From Squalus acanthias (Eukaryota), in the NCBI GenBank assembly GCA_030390025.1, contig CM059432.1:122142001-122206000 (forward strand): a stretch of 64,000 nt of DNA, written 5' to 3'. The notes under the pieces are model-generated. The model did not search any database. It saw only the letters and a program-made list of their open reading frames with translations, and was not told the DNA's origin. Shown here in pieces: positions 60,328 through 64,000 of the stretch. The position numbers and the translations under genes are program-made. Every line of letters starts with the position of its first letter. Within the stretch, counting starts at the first letter, position 1.

Positions 60328-62865
60328 CAGTCAGCTGCACATAAATGCATAAGGCAGGTGATGTTTGCCAGGGCTGGGAGGTAAGTAAACTTCCCCTGTG
60401 ATGACAATAGCCAGAATGAGTGTACACTGGGATTCGCTTCTCTGGCTGGCTTCCCACAGGTGCAGGGTGCCATCGATTGCACACATGTGCCAATCCGAGC
60501 ACCCCCTAACCAACCAGGAGCATTCATCAACTGCAAGAAATTTAAGTCCATCAATGTGTAGTTGGTGTACAGCCACAAAAAATGGTTTCTGCAGGTTCGT
60601 GGCGAGATTTCCTGGGAGCTGCCATGAAGCTTTCATACTGCGACAGTCCAGCATTCACAACATGTTCCAACCTGGAACGAACTTTAAAGGTTGGTTGCTT
60701 GGCAACAAAAGATACCCCCTTCAAACCTAGCTGATGACACCTCTGCGGAACCCCACCAATGAACAACTCAAGCTACATGACAATCAGATGTGTCATCGAG
60801 CAAGCCATTGCCATGCTGAAGTTGCGCTACAGGTGCCTGGACAGGTCTGGATGCTCCCTTCAGCACTGACCGGCGAGGGTCTCAAGGATAATCGTGGTCT
60901 GCTGTGTGCTGCACAACATATCGCAGCAACGATGACTAGAGATCCAGGAGGAAGAAGCCGCTCAGGACTCCTCATCTGATGAGGATTACAATGGTGAAGA
61001 GGAAGATGAGGCGCCCAATGCAAGACCAGCCAATCACATTGCTGCTCGAGATGCCAGGGATTCCCTGATAGCTCGAAGGTTCTGTTAGTCACTCACACTG
61101 GACCAACGTGACGATACCTTCCCCTCTCGCACAAGCAGTCCTGTAACCATTCATCCACTGGTTCCACATCCACCAATTGATGTCAGTCACTAAAGCTCTC
61201 CGCCTTCAGCACCAAATAAATGAAAAGCAGAATGGGCACTCGCCTTAAAATAATGGGGCACACAGGAATGTGGTGAGAATTTAAATATTTAATTTGATCC
61301 AACAAATAAATATCAATAACTAATATAAAAAGACACCCATGTTCTTAACCTTGATGAAATATAAAGCCTTTCTCATCCTATCCCTATCATGTCTACGTGG
61401 TGCTACCCCTGTGGCTTCAGTAGAGATATCACCATCCTCAGTTCCTTCAGTCAGCGGCACATCATTCCTGCCTCTCTGCGGGAGAGTGGCTTGGAGGAGA
61501 TTAATGATGCCATGAAAGCCCACGACGAATCTATCTGTAAGCATGTGGAAGCCAGTAGAAATGTTGGCGGCCATAAGTTAAGGCCACTATCTGAGCTTGC
61601 AGGGACCCTGCGCCCTGATTCAACTTTCATAGAGGCGGTCAGACTCTCAATGGAAGATTGTATCTTCCAAAGGCCCTGTGATATCACTCCACAAATGATT
61701 GAGCTGGGCTCCTCCATCCTCTATGATATTATAGAGAGTGTGCCTGACAGGACTGCCAGTATCTCGCTCAGTTGCTGCTGAACCTCTAGCATTCGCCGTT
61801 TAATTGAAGAACCTGGGTTCAGCATCTCTGTCCAGCTGAGCAGAGCTTGGAGAGGATGGTGCCCTCAAATGTGGATGTCCGTGCCTCCACTATCAGTTCG
61901 TGCTCACTTGTGCTATGCGATTCACCAAATGACATCCCATCTAACTGTCTAACAGGACCCACTGAAGTGCTTGTATCTGCGCTGGTGCCTGCAACCCATG
62001 TGTCCTGTGATGGCGCACCCTCAGCAGGTATGAGCTCCTCTGAGGAGTCCTTGTCCTCTCCGGGCAGGGTCTCCAGTTCTTTGCATGATGGCCCTTGAAA
62101 AGGGAACAGACAGATAAGATTTAGTCATGTAACTTTACAAATGTTGAAATGCACTTGATTAAAGTGATCACACTTGATAAAGTGCTGAAGTCAACTAAAG
62201 ATAACTTTGTCTTGTAGAGATGTGGGTCTGAGAGATTAATGCAGTCACCCTGTTCCAATGCCTCAATCTCGCCATCTCATATGCTCAGGGAGTCAGATAT
62301 GCCGCTACTGTCCAAGGCTTCACCCTCCACTGGCTAAAGCTCCACAATCTGAGGGGGTCAGCCTCCAGTCCTAGCCCACTCCCTGGCATTCTGCGCTCTC
62401 TTTTACTGCAAGGGTAGCATGACAAACCTATGAGTGGCTCTGAGGCATGTGTGCATCCGATGGACGCACTTCATTCAGTGAGGGTGCCAATCAGATAGAT
62501 ACATCACGAGTGGCACTGGCATGCATTTGAGGAATGCGTTGATGGTACCATTTCACGACGTGCCGCTGAAAATTGAGGAGCAGAATGAGCTGGTATTAGT
62601 TTACATGAGGATTGGGGTGACTGGCAGTGGTGGATGGAGGAAGGGGGAGGTGAGGATGTGTGGGGAGTGAGGATGCGAGAATGTGTAAACAGAACAATAG
62701 GTGTTGAAGAAGGTGCAGTGGGTGTGATTTGGAGTGCTGTGAATGGAGTACGATTGACAAGACAGAGTGAGAGGGGGTGCAGTACAGGATTTAGCTGCAT
62801 CTCTAATTTTCCTCACCTTTCCTGACCTGGTCAGGTCATTGAAATGTTTGCGGGTCAGGAACCAC

Positions 62866-63159
62866 GGGCTGGATTTTGTCTTGGGGTCGGGTTGGGGTCG
62901 TGTAATCCGCATTTCGTGTTTCCCCCCCCGACTCCAGATTAATGTGGATGCCTGATGCAGTTTTCACTTAATTGGGCAATTGAGTTGGAGCATGTGGGAA
63001 CCCATGAACTAATTAGTGTTTTCAGTCTGAAAGTCGCCTCTGATGATGTCATCATTGCTGACTGCCTAGTCTCAGAGACTGTTGGTGAGAGAGGACCTGC
63101 GTGGCTTGCTTTTGATGTGAGTGGACCTGGATGCAAAAATGGGGTGGGGTAGAGGAGAG

Positions 63160-63190
<31 letters not shown>

Positions 63191-63643
63191 ATTTTTTTGC
63201 CAAGCAAGTCCTCCCAGGCAGTCTCTGAAGACATTCAATGCAGCAGCATCAGAGGCGACGTTCAGACCTAATACTACTACTACTACCTTCATCACATCTC
63301 CGTTGTAATAGTGGACCTGCAGCCGATAGTCAGCTATCCACTTGTGCTCCCGCCAGGTTTCACTGGAGTGTTTCACACCAGGCGTGCTTCACGTCAGAAG
63401 AGGGTTAAACTAGCTACAGCGTTTCAAAATGGCATTACAGAGCCAATTTAGAGCTTGTTAAGGGCTTGAATGGCCTCTCCCGCCTCTTGAAGGCGGGACG
63501 GAGTTGGGAACCCCGCGACTGATTCTGTCAAAATTGCGTGGAGGCGGGATGGAGTCGGGATGGGGTCGGAAACCCCGACCCCGCAAATTTAACCCCCCAC
63601 ACGCCTCCAAACCCGACTCCATGGGTCATTGAAAATCCAGCCC
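62866..63643. mobile_element. Harbinger-type MITE inserted in Myb exon 1
   Basis: Perfect 12-bp TIR GGGCTGGATTTT / AAAATCCAGCCC; CAC duplication (62863-62865, 63644-63646). Confidence 0.92.
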
Positions 63644-64000
63644 CACGACTTCACAGTTACGCTGCTGCTGTTCACCTCCTGTGCCACCTCCAGGCAGGCC
63701 TTGTTTGTGGAGGCAGCAGGTTTCTTTTTTTCATTGCTGGGAAACAGGACCTCCCTCTTGGCCCTTACCGCACCCGGCAAAACATCCAGGGACAACTCAG
63801 TAAACCTGAGTGCAGCCTTCGCTCTCTTTCCAGCCATCTCAATGTTCACCTTCCAACCCACATTCTTCCAAGCTCCAAACCTCCTCCTACATTTCATCTC
63901 TGAACTGGGCCTTTAAATAGTTGAGGGGAAATCATGTCATGCGGGTCCGCATCATGCCCGCTCACACTCAGTGGTGACGCGGAACCCATGAGGAAAATGA

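Larger units (their letters stand above)
56606..64000. mobile_element. Harbinger transposon with three nested insertions, running off the window
   Basis: Transposase on + (~58530-58924 joined to 60331-61088); Myb gene on - (63837 to ~61380). Confidence 0.85.

Overview
Eukaryotic, repeat-saturated vertebrate genomic DNA, most likely from a cartilaginous fish (inferred from Deu-domain SacSINE1-like SINEs, LF-SINE-like relics and shark-type CR1 tails). I found no host protein-coding gene, rRNA, tRNA or CRISPR array that I can support. The window is dominated by about 11 decayed two-gene PIF/Harbinger DNA transposons (DDE transposase plus a convergent three-exon Myb/SANT gene) and their MITEs. 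It also holds CR1, L2, Vingi-like and Penelope-like retroelements, SINEs and a probable solo LTR, often nested several levels deep. Main points: a near full-length CR1 with an intact zinc-finger/SGNH-esterase ORF1, tandem TATA-like 5' monomers and a TTTAAAC slippery heptamer at the ORF1/ORF2 junction; two MITEs inserted in opposite orientation into consecutive units of that CR1's (CTCTATGA)n tail, forming a ~1.8 kb quasi-palindrome; minimal hammerhead ribozyme motifs in Penelope ends; a near-identical inverted Penelope pair; and a MITE family with co-varying palindromes and three conserved splice-donor motifs. All family names come from motif recognition by eye, not from database searches.
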